DNA of 64,000 bases from Octopus bimaculoides (Eukaryota). How positions within the stretch are numbered: position 1 is the first letter of the stretch; each line of letters begins with the position of its first letter. The stretch spans positions 44,649,798 to 44,713,797 of the forward strand of contig NC_068994.1 of NCBI RefSeq assembly GCF_001194135.2, given 5' to 3'. The notes under the pieces are model-generated. The model saw only the letters and a program-made list of their open reading frames with translations. It was not told where the DNA came from and searched no databases. The position numbers and the translations under genes are program-made. Below, piece by piece: positions 1-11,414 of this stretch.

Positions 1-662
1 ATTAAAAAAAGTTAAGGCTGGGAAATAGAAATAACAGAAATGGGGAGGGGATAAACAGGAACGGGGAAGGGAGGGTATATGTGTATAAGAGTGGGAGATA
101 AGAGGAAGAAAGACAGTGAAAGAGTAGGAGAGAAAAAAAGCCAGAAGTAGGAGTTAGAAGAAAAAAAGAGTGAAAGTATAAGGAGATGTTACATAGAGGT
201 AGGAGGAGGGTATGACTAGACACATCAGTTTACCGACCTGAGCATTAGTCGACACATGAAGCAAGTAAATTTCAATTAGTCGCTACTTCGGATGCGACCT
301 TGCAACCGCAGCGCTGGAAACAGGGTAGATTAGCAACAAACACAGTTGCACAGTGGGGAAGAAAATAATACGACGCACAGACAGACTGAAATATTTTTAT
401 TTACTACATTTTTTTCTACAAGAACTAACAATGAAGTCACTCTCGCGACAACGGGTGTGGACCAAGGGAAGTAACTTGCAGTTTCAAGCAGTTTCTCTCC
501 GTTCTTCCTCACGGCAAACATATTCCACTGAACAAACCGTAAGATCCGAGGAAACCCGCGGAGGTCTGCTTCAGCCCAAAAATAAGTTAGTGTAAACAGT
601 CCAGAGATGGAACAATCGGTTTACCATGAGGAAGAAGAAAGATCTAAGATTTCAAACTATTT

Positions 663-1536
663 GTATATTAAAGGAACCTACGGTATAGCTGTTTGTATAT
701 TCGATTTTCCTGACGCAGACTTTAATTAGTTTTCTTCGGATTTTACTGTTTTGCTCATTAAAAATTTTGCTTCCTGTAAATATAGTTTTAAATGTAAAGA
801 TAGTTTTTTTAAAAAGGCAATTTAAAATACTATCTTTCATTTCGTTAAGTATTTAGTCTTATAAAAATACAATTTCAAAGATTACGTTGTTTAATTGTTA
901 TTATTTACGTGCACAGGATGGAGGCGCAATGGCCCAGTGGTTAGGGTAGCGGGCTCGCGGTTTCGATTCCCAGACCGGGCGTTGTGAGTGTTTATTGAGC
1001 GAAAACACCGAAAGCTCCACGAGGCTCTGGCAGGGGATGGTGGCGAACCCTGCTGTACTCTTCCACCACAACTTTCTCTCACTCTTACTTCCTGTTTCTG
1101 TTGTGCCTGTAATTCAAAGGGTGAGCCTTGTCACACTGTGTCACGCTGAATATCCCTGAGAACTACGTTAAGGGTACATGTGTCTGTGGAGTGCTCAGCC
1201 ACTTGCACGTTAATTTCACGTTAATTTGATCGGATCAACTGGAACCCTCGATGTCGTAGGCGACGGAGTGAAACAACAACAACGCGCACAGGTGTAGTTT
1301 GCGTTGTTAGGAAGTTCGCTTTTCAAATACTTGGTTGTCAGTTCGATCCTTCTGGGCAATGTCTTGGGGAAAGTGTTTTCTAGCACGAACTTGAGTTGAT
1401 CAAAATTTCGTTTGTGGAATTTGATAAACGACAGGACTAGGCGGATACCTGTCGAGGTAACTTTTTATTTACAAGTTGACTTCGTTCGTCGTCCTTTTTA
1501 ACATTTCCACCTATACCGTAGGTTCCTTTAATATAC
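663..1536. mobile_element. Candidate non-autonomous DNA transposon (MITE-like) bounded by 26-bp perfect inverted repeats, with SINEs nested inside
   Basis: 663-688 gtatattaaaggaacctacggtatag is the exact reverse complement of 1511-1536. The inner reading TTAA|AGG...CCT|TTAA resembles Kolobok-type ends. Confidence 0.4.
918..1281 (+). mobile_element. tRNA-derived SINE, family A (CAA-repeat tail), near full length
   Basis: A-box-like tggcccagtgg and B-box-like gtttcgattcc, tail aacaacaacaac. Target-site duplication acgtgcacagg (907-917) / acgcgcacagg (1282-1292). Homologous copies at 14707, 30852, 56236 and 57358. Confidence 0.85.
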
Positions 1537-2879
1537 CATAGGTTCCTTTAATAATACCGTAGGTCCTCTTCATTGCAAGTATTCGGGCTAGGTTTCCAGT
1601 TTTAGGACAACTTCCAATAGTTACGGTAGTCATAAAAGAGACCCTAGGTACTATTTCGCCACTAAGCCATACAAATGCACACATATATCCGATGCTCTAA
1701 TATCAATGTGTGGGTGTGTGAGACAAAAAAGTCAGAGAGAGTGTGTGTGCGCGTGCATGTATACACAGATCTGACATTGTCCAAAGTTTTATTATGGATC
1801 AACAGAGTTTATTTCTACATGTAAACTTCTTGAAATGGTGGACTGTTTTCAGCTGAATTGCGGCCATCCGAAAATAATTCTTAAATACTTGGAAGTATAA
1901 CTCTGCTGAGGACAAAAACTCATTACCGTTAATAAAAATTTATTCTCAAAAAGAGCAAGGGAGAGAAGTCCCAAAACTTTCGGTCAACCATTTAAATTTT
2001 TGTGGAAATTATGTTTTGTGTTTCTTTATGAAGGCTATGATTTGTGGTTGTTTCGAATTAACTGAGATTATTAGATTATTAAACCCCAATTTTCTAATGA
2101 TATAGTTATTTGACTAAATCCCTTCAAATTCTTGATGAAACACGTAGGTAGTAAATTGCATTAGTTTCAACTGTTATTTCCAGGAATGCTGCCCTAGTGG
2201 CTTCAAGGCTTATTCTTCTGTGACACGTCCAATTTACGTATTTTTGAAAATCAAAACTTTTAGTTTCCTTCTATCTAATGCTTGTCTTCACTTCCCATCG
2301 TATTCATTTTCATCTGCTTTAAACACACTTAGATTCTAAGATCCTGTTGCTGGAGACGTGTCAGGGCTAAAACCTATCAAACAAACGCAAAAACTTATAT
2401 ATTCTGGACATCTACTTGTAGCAGAGATGAGATTTCTATAGTTGATAGACAACAGATACGACTGAGCCTAAGTAGACGATAAAAATGAATCAGGTTAGCT
2501 AGATTTCACGTAGATGGAACGCTTTTAGTGTGGTTGCGATGTAGTTAACGAATAATTGAAGATAAACATTTGTGTGCTGCATGTTCAATTCACAAAATCA
2601 TACGAAATTTGGTATCATTCTTCATTTTATTTGTTTAATCAGGGACATAGAATATAGATTTTTTTTTACAGCAGTTGAATGAACAACAGCATTTGAGAAT
2701 TAACGAACATTTGGTCACTACAGCATGCTGATATGTAACATCACAACGATTCATAATTAGCGAGGACAGATTAAATAAATGAAATAAGAATGAATTTCCG
2801 TGAGATTTACCAACATAACTCATGTGGTACGTTCAGTTGTTATTAATTTTTCAATATTGAGAAACCATCGCATAACGAA

Positions 2880-3315
2880 AAACGTACAGTTATTAAAGCC
2901 CTTGATGTAATGGACATCAGCTGTGAACTGCGATACAAAGTCAGGGTGACTAATTACCCTTGGAGAATGTTTATTCATTGTAGAATGAAGAGCGAATATC
3001 AGTAGCTTATGGCCTGTATATATACAACAAAGTTCCTATCTTCTTGAAAGGGAAGAAAATGCTTATTGAAAGTATTCAATCTAGTAATGGCCAGTTTCGA
3101 GTGTCCCAGGAAAAGGACAAAGGTTGCCAAGAATTCTGGATAAATTGTTTTAAAATACCTCTGATTCCTACACCCGAAACATTCTCTCGTAGAGAAAGGG
3201 ATGCATTTGGTATCGGGTAATTTAATAACGTGACCTGAGACCATTTCTTGTTAATCATGTTATACGATCGTAATTCATCAGATGTTAAGGGAATGTTCTC
3301 GTTTTTCTTTACCAA
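2880..3315 (-). mobile_element. Degenerate Ty3/Gypsy pol fragment (RT connection and RNase H)
   Basis: Minus-strand frames read VTLLNYPIPNASLSLRENVSGVGIRGILKQFIQNSWQPLSF, then LAI..FNKHFLPFQEDRNFVVY, then YTGHKLLIFALHSTMNKHSPRVISHPDFVSQFTADVHYIKGFNN. These follow the Gypsy RNase H motifs (TDAS..GAVLQQ..WQPLAF; YTDHKPL; HIKG.DN) across frameshifts. Confidence 0.75.
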
Positions 3316-3395
3316 TTACGTAACAATTCAGTTGAGGTGAAGTTGTTTCAGCACAGTGTGGAACAAAACGTTTGTATAAATTCTCTAAAAATTTA

Positions 3396-3708
3396 CGGAA
3401 GAAGCCGGATATGATGTGAGAAATATAAGATAATTTACCTCCCACACGAAGACAATATAGATGCAGCTCAGGTTACGAAAGACGAACGTTATGAGATGCT
3501 TCTAGAAGACTGTAAAGATGCTGGTTGGAGTGCAGTAAACTTCACTGTAGAAGTTGGAAGTAAGGATTTTATTGGAACCAGACTGAGATGATGGCTACTG
3601 TCAATTGGTCTCCAAAATCGGCAAGCAAATGCCATCTTGAAGGAGATCCAAGCGACAGTTGAAAGGGCCAACCATTGGATATGGCCGAAAAGGAATGGTA
3701 AAACCTGA
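3396..3708 (+). mobile_element. Degenerate 3' end of a HERO/R2-like non-LTR retrotransposon (restriction-like endonuclease)
   Basis: KKPDM, then from 3430 IIYLPHEDNIDAAQVTKDERYEMLLEDCKDAGWSAVNFTVEVGSKDFIGTRLR*WLLSIGL...VERANHWIWPKR. This matches the PD..ELTVPWEE..K..KY..L..GW....VEVG.RG...W.W.KR pattern. Confidence 0.75.
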
Positions 3709-4455
3709 CTGGAGAGGTGATGATCCTAAAGTAGACCTGAGATCGAATACCAGTCAGTCGAACCAGTGAGTGTGGGGCCTCAAATTAGTGAAGCTGGGGT
3801 ACGCTGTAAAACCGTCAAGATGAAAGCTCCGAAACGGTGCACATTCTCTCCTGATGACACCTGACAGCTACTGATATCCGGTATGCGGAGTTTTCGACTG
3901 ACTACACTTGCACAAATAAGTTGTTTCCAAGCGCCCTTAATGAAGTAGAAACTGGAAACTATACAACAGTTTCTACTTATAGATGGATATGTTGTATTCC
4001 ATCTAACGTGACTCTACTCAGAAGGCTGTAATATCATTTGCCAGGAATACGGTATAAAGAAATACATGGAACTAGGTGGTAACTTTAAATGTCTTGAATG
4101 CCGGCCACACGTATATATACACAAGTTGAATGATAAATGGAAATGGTTGATGAACATTTATTCATATCTCTACATGCATCTGCGTGGGTTGTATGTTTGC
4201 TGTTAACCCTGGTGAGGAAGCTCACAAACAGTGATATATTAGAACCTGTGCAGTGTTGTCGGTGCTGTGTAGAGATGTTGTTGACTAGTAGTAATAGATT
4301 TTGCGTTAATATCACGTATCCATAAATTAGTCTCAATATCAATAACCGACTCGGAGGCCAAAGTGATGAAAAAACTTAGCACCAAGAATTCGATACGGAA
4401 GATTCGTTATAATGAAAATCCACCTGAAAACTCTCCGTAAGTTCAAGTCCAACGA

Positions 4456-4887
4456 CTTTTTAGCATTTGTCGTCTACACAAAATGATTTTTTTTTCTGGA
4501 CGTTTACAGCAGTCTAAGGATTATAAACAAATATTCAAGCTAGGTAGGACATGCTAATTAATATTCGTTACAAAAGCTGCTTCTGTTGCTAATAGCTAAT
4601 TTACACACAGCTCGCCAGCTTTCCGTACACTACTGGCTGTTCGGTCAGCATTATTCTGTATCGGTTTTACAGAATTTCCGTCTAGCATTCGGTGATGATC
4701 TGCGATGCGGTGAACTCACGTACAACGGTTATGCCACCCGCCCGTATACTGACGGAATTTCGTCAACCGATAATAGGATTTCGATGCTTTTTAGTATTTG
4801 TCGTCTACACCAAATGATTTTTCGGGACGTTTACACCAGTCTAAGGCGTTGTAACAACACATCCAAGGCAAGTTGGATGTGCTAATT
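4456..4887. repeat. Two imperfect ~100-bp direct repeats 331 bp apart
   Basis: ctttttagcatttgtcgtctacac...ggacgtttacagcagtctaagg...gctaatt (4456-4559) versus ctttttagtatttgtcgtctacac...ggacgtttacaccagtctaagg...gctaatt (4787-4887). Confidence 0.8.
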
Positions 4888-4959
4888 GACACAGATTCTT
4901 CTATGTCGTTGATTTTAAGCAATAAGTCTTTAATACCATTTCACAGATTTGACTGGCAT

Positions 4960-5125
4960 TTTAATTGCACTGGAATTTCTAGTAAAAACAAGATTAATTA
5001 TTCCTTTCTGCTTCGATGGCGTTGCACCCCATTCAACAGTCGCTAGCCAGTTGCTATTTTAACCAGCAATTATCGAATTGTTGATGTCTCCTCCTGACAC
5101 GAACAAGCCAATGAAGGAGATTCAC
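4960..5125 (-). mobile_element. Possible fossil LINE apurinic-endonuclease fragment
   Basis: Minus strand gives LFVSGGDINN (GDFN-like) followed by KGIINLVFTRN (LDLVFT-like). Only two short motifs support it. Confidence 0.25.
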
Positions 5126-5144
5126 TTATCCAATGACAATCAGC

Positions 5145-5335
5145 GTTATCATCGCTTGATAACCGATGTTGATGTATTTACGTCCCTGTAATCTAGCGGT
5201 TCAGTAAAAGATATCGATAGAATTAGTACTAGGCTTACAAAGAATAAGTTCGGGTGTCAATTTCTTCGACTAAAACGCTTTAATGCGATGCTCTAGCATG
5301 GGCACAGTCAAATGAATGTTACAAGCAAAAGAATA
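5145..5335 (+). mobile_element. 3' module (family E tail) of the composite CORE-like SINE
   Basis: catcgcttgataaccgatg...agcggttcag...gtactaggcttacaaagaataag...cgactaa...gcatgggcacagtcaaatga; same module as 25620-25820, 29275-29480 (-) and 61045-61130. Confidence 0.7.
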
Positions 5336-5350
5336 AAATAATATATACAT

Positions 5351-5353
<3 letters not shown>

Positions 5354-5412
<59 letters not shown>
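5354..5412. repeat. (GA)n microsatellite running into an N-gap
   Basis: Perfect GA dinucleotide run up to the gap at 5413. Confidence 0.95.
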
Positions 5413-5834
5413 NNNNNNNNNNNNNNNNNNNNNNNNNNNNNNNNNNNNNNNNNNNNNNNNNNNNNNNNNNNNNNNNNNNNNNNNNNNNNNNNNNNNNNNN
5501 NNNNNNNNNNNNNNNNNNNNNNNNNNNNNNNNNNNNNNNNNNNNNNNNNNNNNNNNNNNNNNNNNNNNNNNNNNNNNNNNNNNNNNNNNNNNNNNNNNNN
5601 NNNNNNNNNNNNNNNNNNNNNNNNNNNNNNNNNNNNNNNNNNNNNNNNNNNNNNNNNNNNNNNNNNNNNNNNNNNNNNNNNNNNNNNNNNNNNNNNNNNN
5701 NNNNNNNNNNNNNNNNNNNNNNNNNNNNNNNNNNNNNNNNNNNNNNNNNNNNNNNNNNNNNNNNNNNNNNNNTATTATAGATACGATGTCTGAAATTTTG
5801 TGGTGGGGAGGAGATAGTCGATTATGTTGTCCGT

Positions 5835-6012
5835 CTGTGCTCAACTGCTACTTATTTTACCGACCTCGAAAGAATAAAAGACAAAGTCGACCTCAGTGAC
5901 GTCTAGACTCTGAATGTACAGCCGTCTTTACATCCTGAGTTCAAATTCTGAGCGAGGTTGACTTTGCCTTCCATTCTTTTAGGCATGCTAACGATTCTGC
6001 CAGCTCGTAGCT
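5835..6012 (-). mobile_element. Family B SINE with an internal inverted fragment of the same family
   Basis: Minus-strand copy (tactt..ccgacctcgaaag..aaagtcgacctc) interrupted at about 5925-5980 by a plus-strand ctgagttcaaattc..gactttgccttccattc, then resuming with gcatgctaacgattctgccagctcg. Confidence 0.6.
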
Positions 6013-6725
6013 TACTTCTTTGAGACATCTTCGCTTATTTGAATTCCGTTTCTTCATTTTTTTTTTTTTTGGTTACGATGTTTATTGTCAAATTTGTTTA
6101 TGTCACTGTTTATGTTTATATAAATTGTTAACATTTATCTGCTAATCTCATTAAGAGTTATTTTTTTGTGAAACATTTTATTTATTTATTAACTTATTTG
6201 TATTTATTTACTTATTTATTTTTATTTCTTCAAGTCTGTTTCTTCATTTAAAAAATAGTTGCGTATGGAAGAATTAGTTTTGTAGAGAGTATTTGTTTTT
6301 CATGCATTGTACTCATACTAGAATTCATGGCTGAGTGGTTTTTGTTGGTTGCTTTGTTCATGTCGTTCTATACTCGTTCATATATTTTGAGATTAATAGG
6401 TTTCGAGACTTATTTTTGTGCGTGTTCGTAATTTGTAATTCGTGTGATCTGGTATACCAATTATTCATGGTTGGGTAATTTTGTTAATATATTTCCGTGT
6501 GCGTTTATGTACGTGTATATGTATGTGTTCGTTCAAGGCTTGTTTTTATTTGTGCTAATGTGTTTAAGTATTTTGTTTATATAATTTGTGTTGACTGTTA
6601 AACAGTCAGCATAAATTACGAGTCTTGTGGATATCAGTTTGTATGTCTGCGTATGTGCGTGTGCATGTGTGTGTGTATGTGTGTCTGTGATTCAAGCTGT
6701 TGTGTTGGTAGATATTATATTCTGT

Positions 6726-6990
6726 TTAGTGCTTAATCCATTTATTCAAAATGAATTTGTTTTAGTGTCATCACCTTGACATGATCTCGTTTCTCTTGTT
6801 TAGTCGATGGGTACTTTGCGTGGATATTTGTATCTTTCTGTAACAGAGTGTAGCTTCTAGAACCATATATGTACCAGGGTGGACACACCATTGTTCCCCA
6901 ATTAATGTTTACGGCTATTTTGCTTTCTTTTAACACCCAGCTATGTTTTAGGCAAGAACGTTGGGTTTCTTAGATTTATATTGCGAAATA
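6726..6990 (-). mobile_element. Penelope-like element, degenerate C-terminal (GIY-YIG) region
   Basis: Minus frames read LKESKIAVNINWGTMVCPPWYIYGSRSYTL and LCYRKIQISTQSTHRLNKRNEIMSR**H*NKFIL, matching the PLE tail LK..NI.W.I....Y...S..C.LC..EK...LNKR.E..S.CRH.NK. Confidence 0.7.
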
Positions 6991-7051
6991 TATATGTAAG
7001 TTATGCATATCTGTCTTTAATAGCTCTGTTACTAATGGTGAACTAGTTTTA

Positions 7052-7052
<1 letters not shown>

Positions 7053-7115
<63 letters not shown>

Positions 7116-7131
7116 CATTATTATTATTATT
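7053..7131. repeat. (ATT)n microsatellite
   Basis: Long near-perfect ATT run. Confidence 0.95.
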
Positions 7132-7724
7132 TATCCACCTTGTGTTACTATTGCTTTGTTGTCTAGGCCGGCCTGTTTTTATGCCATTTCTGGGTAACTG
7201 GCATATTCTCATTCTGTTGCAGTTGCATAAGCCTCCAGAATCATTTATGTACAGTGATGCACACTCAGTTATTTCCTATATTGTATGCATGTACATACAT
7301 ACATACATACATACATACATACACACGCATACACATACGCACGCACGAACACACGCACACAAGTCGATTTAGGATCTTTCGCACAAAACCACACACATGT
7401 ATGTATGTACGTGTGAGCATACACCCGCACACATATTTTTCTGTGATTTATGCACTATATGTTATAAGAGATACTTTCTCAAGATGAATGCTGCACTTTA
7501 ATAAGAGTTTCAGCATGTATACACTTTAAGTATGTGCTCAGATCATTAATATGTGTGTGTATGTGGAGAGAGAGAGAGAGACGGAGACACAGACAGACAG
7601 TACTGTTGCGTTCTTAATGAGATCAGCAAAGAAAGGTACTCTAAATATCATTTGATAAACGCATGGTTTAAATGTGAGATGCAATAAGTTTCATACTCTG
7701 AAAGCTAAATTGTCGGACGAGCAT

Positions 7725-7801
7725 GTACAGTATGCTATGTACTATCCTGCAATCTTTCAGACTTCAAGAAGGATTGCAGGATAGTACACGGCACGCTATA
7801 C
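7725..7801 (+). ncRNA. Candidate pri-microRNA hairpin (predicted pre-miRNA 7738-7790)
   Basis: Perfect 17-bp stem 7738-7754/7772-7788 extended to a ~34-bp stem. Basal UG at -14/-13 (7724-7725), CNNC 16 nt downstream (7806-7809), and G.U pairs favour the + strand. Confidence 0.55.
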
Positions 7802-8173
7802 TGCTCGTCTGACTATTGTATTATCAGAAACTTATACTAGTTCACGTTAAAACCCTGTGTTTATATATATATATATATATATATNNNNNNNNNNNNNNNN
7901 NNNNNNNNNNNNNNNNNNNNNNNNNNNNNNNNNNNNNNNNNNNNNNNNNNNNNNNNNNNNNNNNNNNNNNNNNNNNNNNNNNNNNNNNNNNNNNNNNNNN
8001 NNNNNNNNNNNNNNNNNNNNNNNNNNNNNNNNNNNNNNNNNNNNNNNNNNNNNNNNNNNNNNNNNNNNNNNNNNNNNNNNNNNNNNNNNNNNNNNNNNNN
8101 NNNNNNNNNNNNNNNNNNNNNNNNNNNNNNNNNNNNNNNNNNNNNNNNNNNNNNNNNNNNNNNNNNNNNNNNN

Positions 8174-8575
8174 TGTAAATTTGAACGATATATATAGAGG
8201 AAAATGATGGTGGAGAGGGAAGTGTTGCCTTCTAGCAAGTTTGTTGAAAGGTGGGTGAATGTTGGAAGAATGACCAGTGTGAAAGGACCAAGTTTGAGAG
8301 TACACCTGTAAAAAAAAAAAAAAGGAATTAAAGAAGGGCTGTTGCCCTGTTGATCAGGGGCCCGTGGTTTTTGTGGGGTTTTTTCCACGAGGACCTTAAA
8401 GTGCCTCCCCAATTGAGCGTTTTAACTTGTTTAATTTTAATTTTTATTTATTGTTTACACGCTGAAAGCCCTTTGTCTCGTTTTGTGTTGTCGTTTATGG
8501 TGTGTCATGACATTTAATGTACTATGTAAGCCCTTGTGGCTAATAAAAGAATTAATTATTATTATTATTATTTAT
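8174..8575 (+). mobile_element. 3' end of a Tx1/L1-like LINE (ORF2 C-terminus, 3' UTR, AATAAA, ATT tail)
   Basis: KMMVEREVLPSSKFVERWVNVGRMTSVKGPSLRVHL* followed by a UTR ending agcccttgtggctaataaaagaattaattattatt. The same terminus occurs reversed at 15426-15458. Confidence 0.55.
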
Positions 8576-8952
8576 TCATTTTGTTCATGTACAAGTAGGA
8601 AGACGGATATATTGTTTTCAGTCGTGCGTGTTTCTTTGTTTGTTTGTCCGTGGACAAGATATCTCAAGAACTGTTTCATATTTAAAGGAGATACATGATT
8701 GAAAGCCTTATTTACTGCGGTATTCGTCCTCAGATAGTATCTCTTATAGACGCATAGTGTTTCTTAAAAAAATACACTGAAATATATTAACAGCAGGCGC
8801 AAATCGTCCGACAGCGGCGATGGCATTGCTAAATATGCATTTCTACCTCGTTGTACTTCGTCAGCAGCATGCATGCAGTGGCAACCGCTTGCTAAGATAA
8901 TAAAAAAATACCCCGTTACTGATTTTCTAAAATAGTGATTAAAATTAGCTAG

Positions 8953-9040
8953 CAGGCTGAATAAAGATTCGTAACGTGCGACAGGCTGAATAAAGATTCG
9001 TAACGTGCGACAGGCTGAATAAAGATTCGTAACGTGCGAC
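8953..9040. repeat. Three perfect tandem copies of a 29-bp unit
   Basis: caggctgaataaagattcgtaacgtgcga at 8953, 8982 and 9011. Confidence 0.95.
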
Positions 9041-9245
9041 GTTAGTTTAAAATAGCAATCTATGTATCATATTTTAAGCAGATACATTCGTCGGCTATAC
9101 TCTTATGGGTTTTTTTTTTACACAATATATCTAAAAGAGATGTTACTTTAAGACAAATATCGCTGTAAATTAGGCTCTTGATGTGTCTGCTGTCAGTATG
9201 ATACACAGATGGCTATTTTAAACTCGTGCTGTTCTTATAGCACAT

Positions 9246-9284
<39 letters not shown>

Positions 9285-11414
9285 CATAACGAATGAAGAT
9301 GTATGATCAACGATGTTGACTCCTCTGTCAGTTCGTGTAATTTGGTGCTTATTGCCGTTTCTATCCAAGTCAGTCTTGATTTGGTACTTATTCCAGCCGT
9401 GATCGTCTTTTTTTTTTTTTTCCATCTTTCTTGACGAAGTGTACCTCGGTGTACATTATATGTTCTTCATTTTTTTTATATATATAAATGCATAGAGACA
9501 GACAGTGAATAGTGATTTTTAAGATTTGGCAGCTATTTCTAGCAGACGTTAGTGTGGTAATATGCCTAAAGATATTTATTGAGGAAAAGATGTAGCTAAA
9601 GCTTCAAGAATTCAGATAAAAAAATTATAAACTTTTTTTTTTCTAAATCATTCAGTTCTAAAATATATTTTTATCTCTTATCTGCATTGCCATGGTTTTT
9701 CATAACTCTTTATATTTGTCTTATAATATAGATGTTTTCTTTAGAGAATATTTTAATGTATGCAAGGCGCCACAAGCGTGATCTATTTAAATGAATTACT
9801 CAAATGATAAAATCTTGTGTTTTTTTTCTGTATAGTATGAAAATAGAAAACTAAATCCATGTTTATTGTTGATTATTTTATGCCTTATGTGTGGTCAGTG
9901 GGTAATTACGATAAAGAAATTCCAATCATAAGGTTAAAATATTTATTACTAGTTTGTTTTAATATATCAGTTCAAAGAATTAGTTCTTTGATTTTCCCAA
10001 TTAAAGTCGGATATATTTCCAGACGTACACTTACACCGGTTGGTAGGCGAATTTCTTCGGTAATTTTTCTGCATCCATTAATTTGCTCTTTTCATATTCT
10101 TACCTTATTTCAAATATTTATGTTCAATTTTCGATTGCTTTATTTTGGTGACGATTTGCCGTTTCCTTTCAAGAAATAGCAATACATTCTGCAAAATCCG
10201 GCGACTATACAGGATAGAGACTGTAATTTTTTATCTTTTTCTTCTATTTTTTGACAATGTATTTAAGTAAAAGAAGTTGCTTTTTTTTTTTTTTTTTCTT
10301 TTCGTCTTTCGCTTTCGTTGACCTAGCTATTCCTACTTAGCACTCTTCTTACGGTCTGGCTTGTTTCAATTACCTCAAAAGAAAGATATCATTTAAAGCT
10401 ATAATTTTCTGAGAATCCAAAATTATCATTATTATTTGCTCTGTAAAATTCTATATGTTCTTATTTTATTCCAAGTATTGTAGCTTGTGGCTCATATTTT
10501 AGGGCCTACTTTTAATTTGTCTTTTATGTGTGTGTGCTTGTCTGTCAAATTACAGATGTGAATTTTGCTGTTCACACTCATCCGGGCGCGCGCATTTATG
10601 TATATATACATTCATGTATGTGTCTGAGAGAGAAAGGTACTTGTCTGTATGCGTGAGAGTGAAGAGGTATTTGTGCGAGAGAGAGAGAGAGAGAGAATGA
10701 AGGCTGATGGGGGTATTAGTGTCTGATGACAAACTATGTTTGACATTGTTGTTGGGGGAAAATTGACAATGAAACACTTAAGCTGTGGAGCTTGGAAAAT
10801 CGTCAGGCTAGCTTAGTCGCTGCACCTCAGAAAATGGGACAATGTTTTATAAAAGATAAAAAAAAACAACCCCATGTAAGTAGTGTAAAAATTCTTGTTG
10901 AATTCATATTAAGTTTTTGAAAACAGACACCTTTTTATATAGAAAACGGCCTTGCATTCTCTCTCTCTCTCTCTCCTGTTTTGTGTTTGTTTTGTTTTTC
11001 TCTGTGGAGAAATCAACATTAAATTAATGGAAGAAAATATTCTTTGTGTATTTAAGATGTCGACATCATTTCCATCAAGTTGAAAATAATCTGCATGTTT
11101 TATATAATATTATTTCTCTACCGTATTTCTAAAACTTTCTTTAAATAATTTTTCGTAATTTATATAAGCCAATATTGGTTTCCTTTAAAGTTATACTTAA
11201 ATAAATCTGTAATATTGTAATTTTATAGTAGTTTGCTTTTAATGAGAAAAATATTCGAGGCGATCGTTCCAAAAATCGCTTCATTTGTATTTATTTCTAT
11301 GCATAGAAGTTTATTTTCTCTCTTCTAAGATGTCACGACTTCTCATTTATTTTTGCATGGATCATTTGAGTCATGCTCTTCGTAGGACGTCGTATGATTT
11401 GATATGTTGTTTAT

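Noticed and set aside
440-452. TCTCGCGACA (near the TCTCGCGAGA promoter palindrome) and AACATGGCG (YY1-like, about 58332) as promoters of flanking genes
   Set aside because: Single short motifs in CpG-containing patches; insufficient without transcript or chromatin data.
1790-2230. Stop-interrupted reading frame on the minus strand (..KFKWLTESF..ELYFQVFKNYFRMAAIQLKTVHHFKK..)
   Set aside because: Looks like a decayed retroelement ORF but has no motif I can assign; needs a tblastn/HMM search.
8953-9040. 29-bp repeats as a CRISPR array
   Set aside because: No spacers, eukaryotic context, no cas genes.
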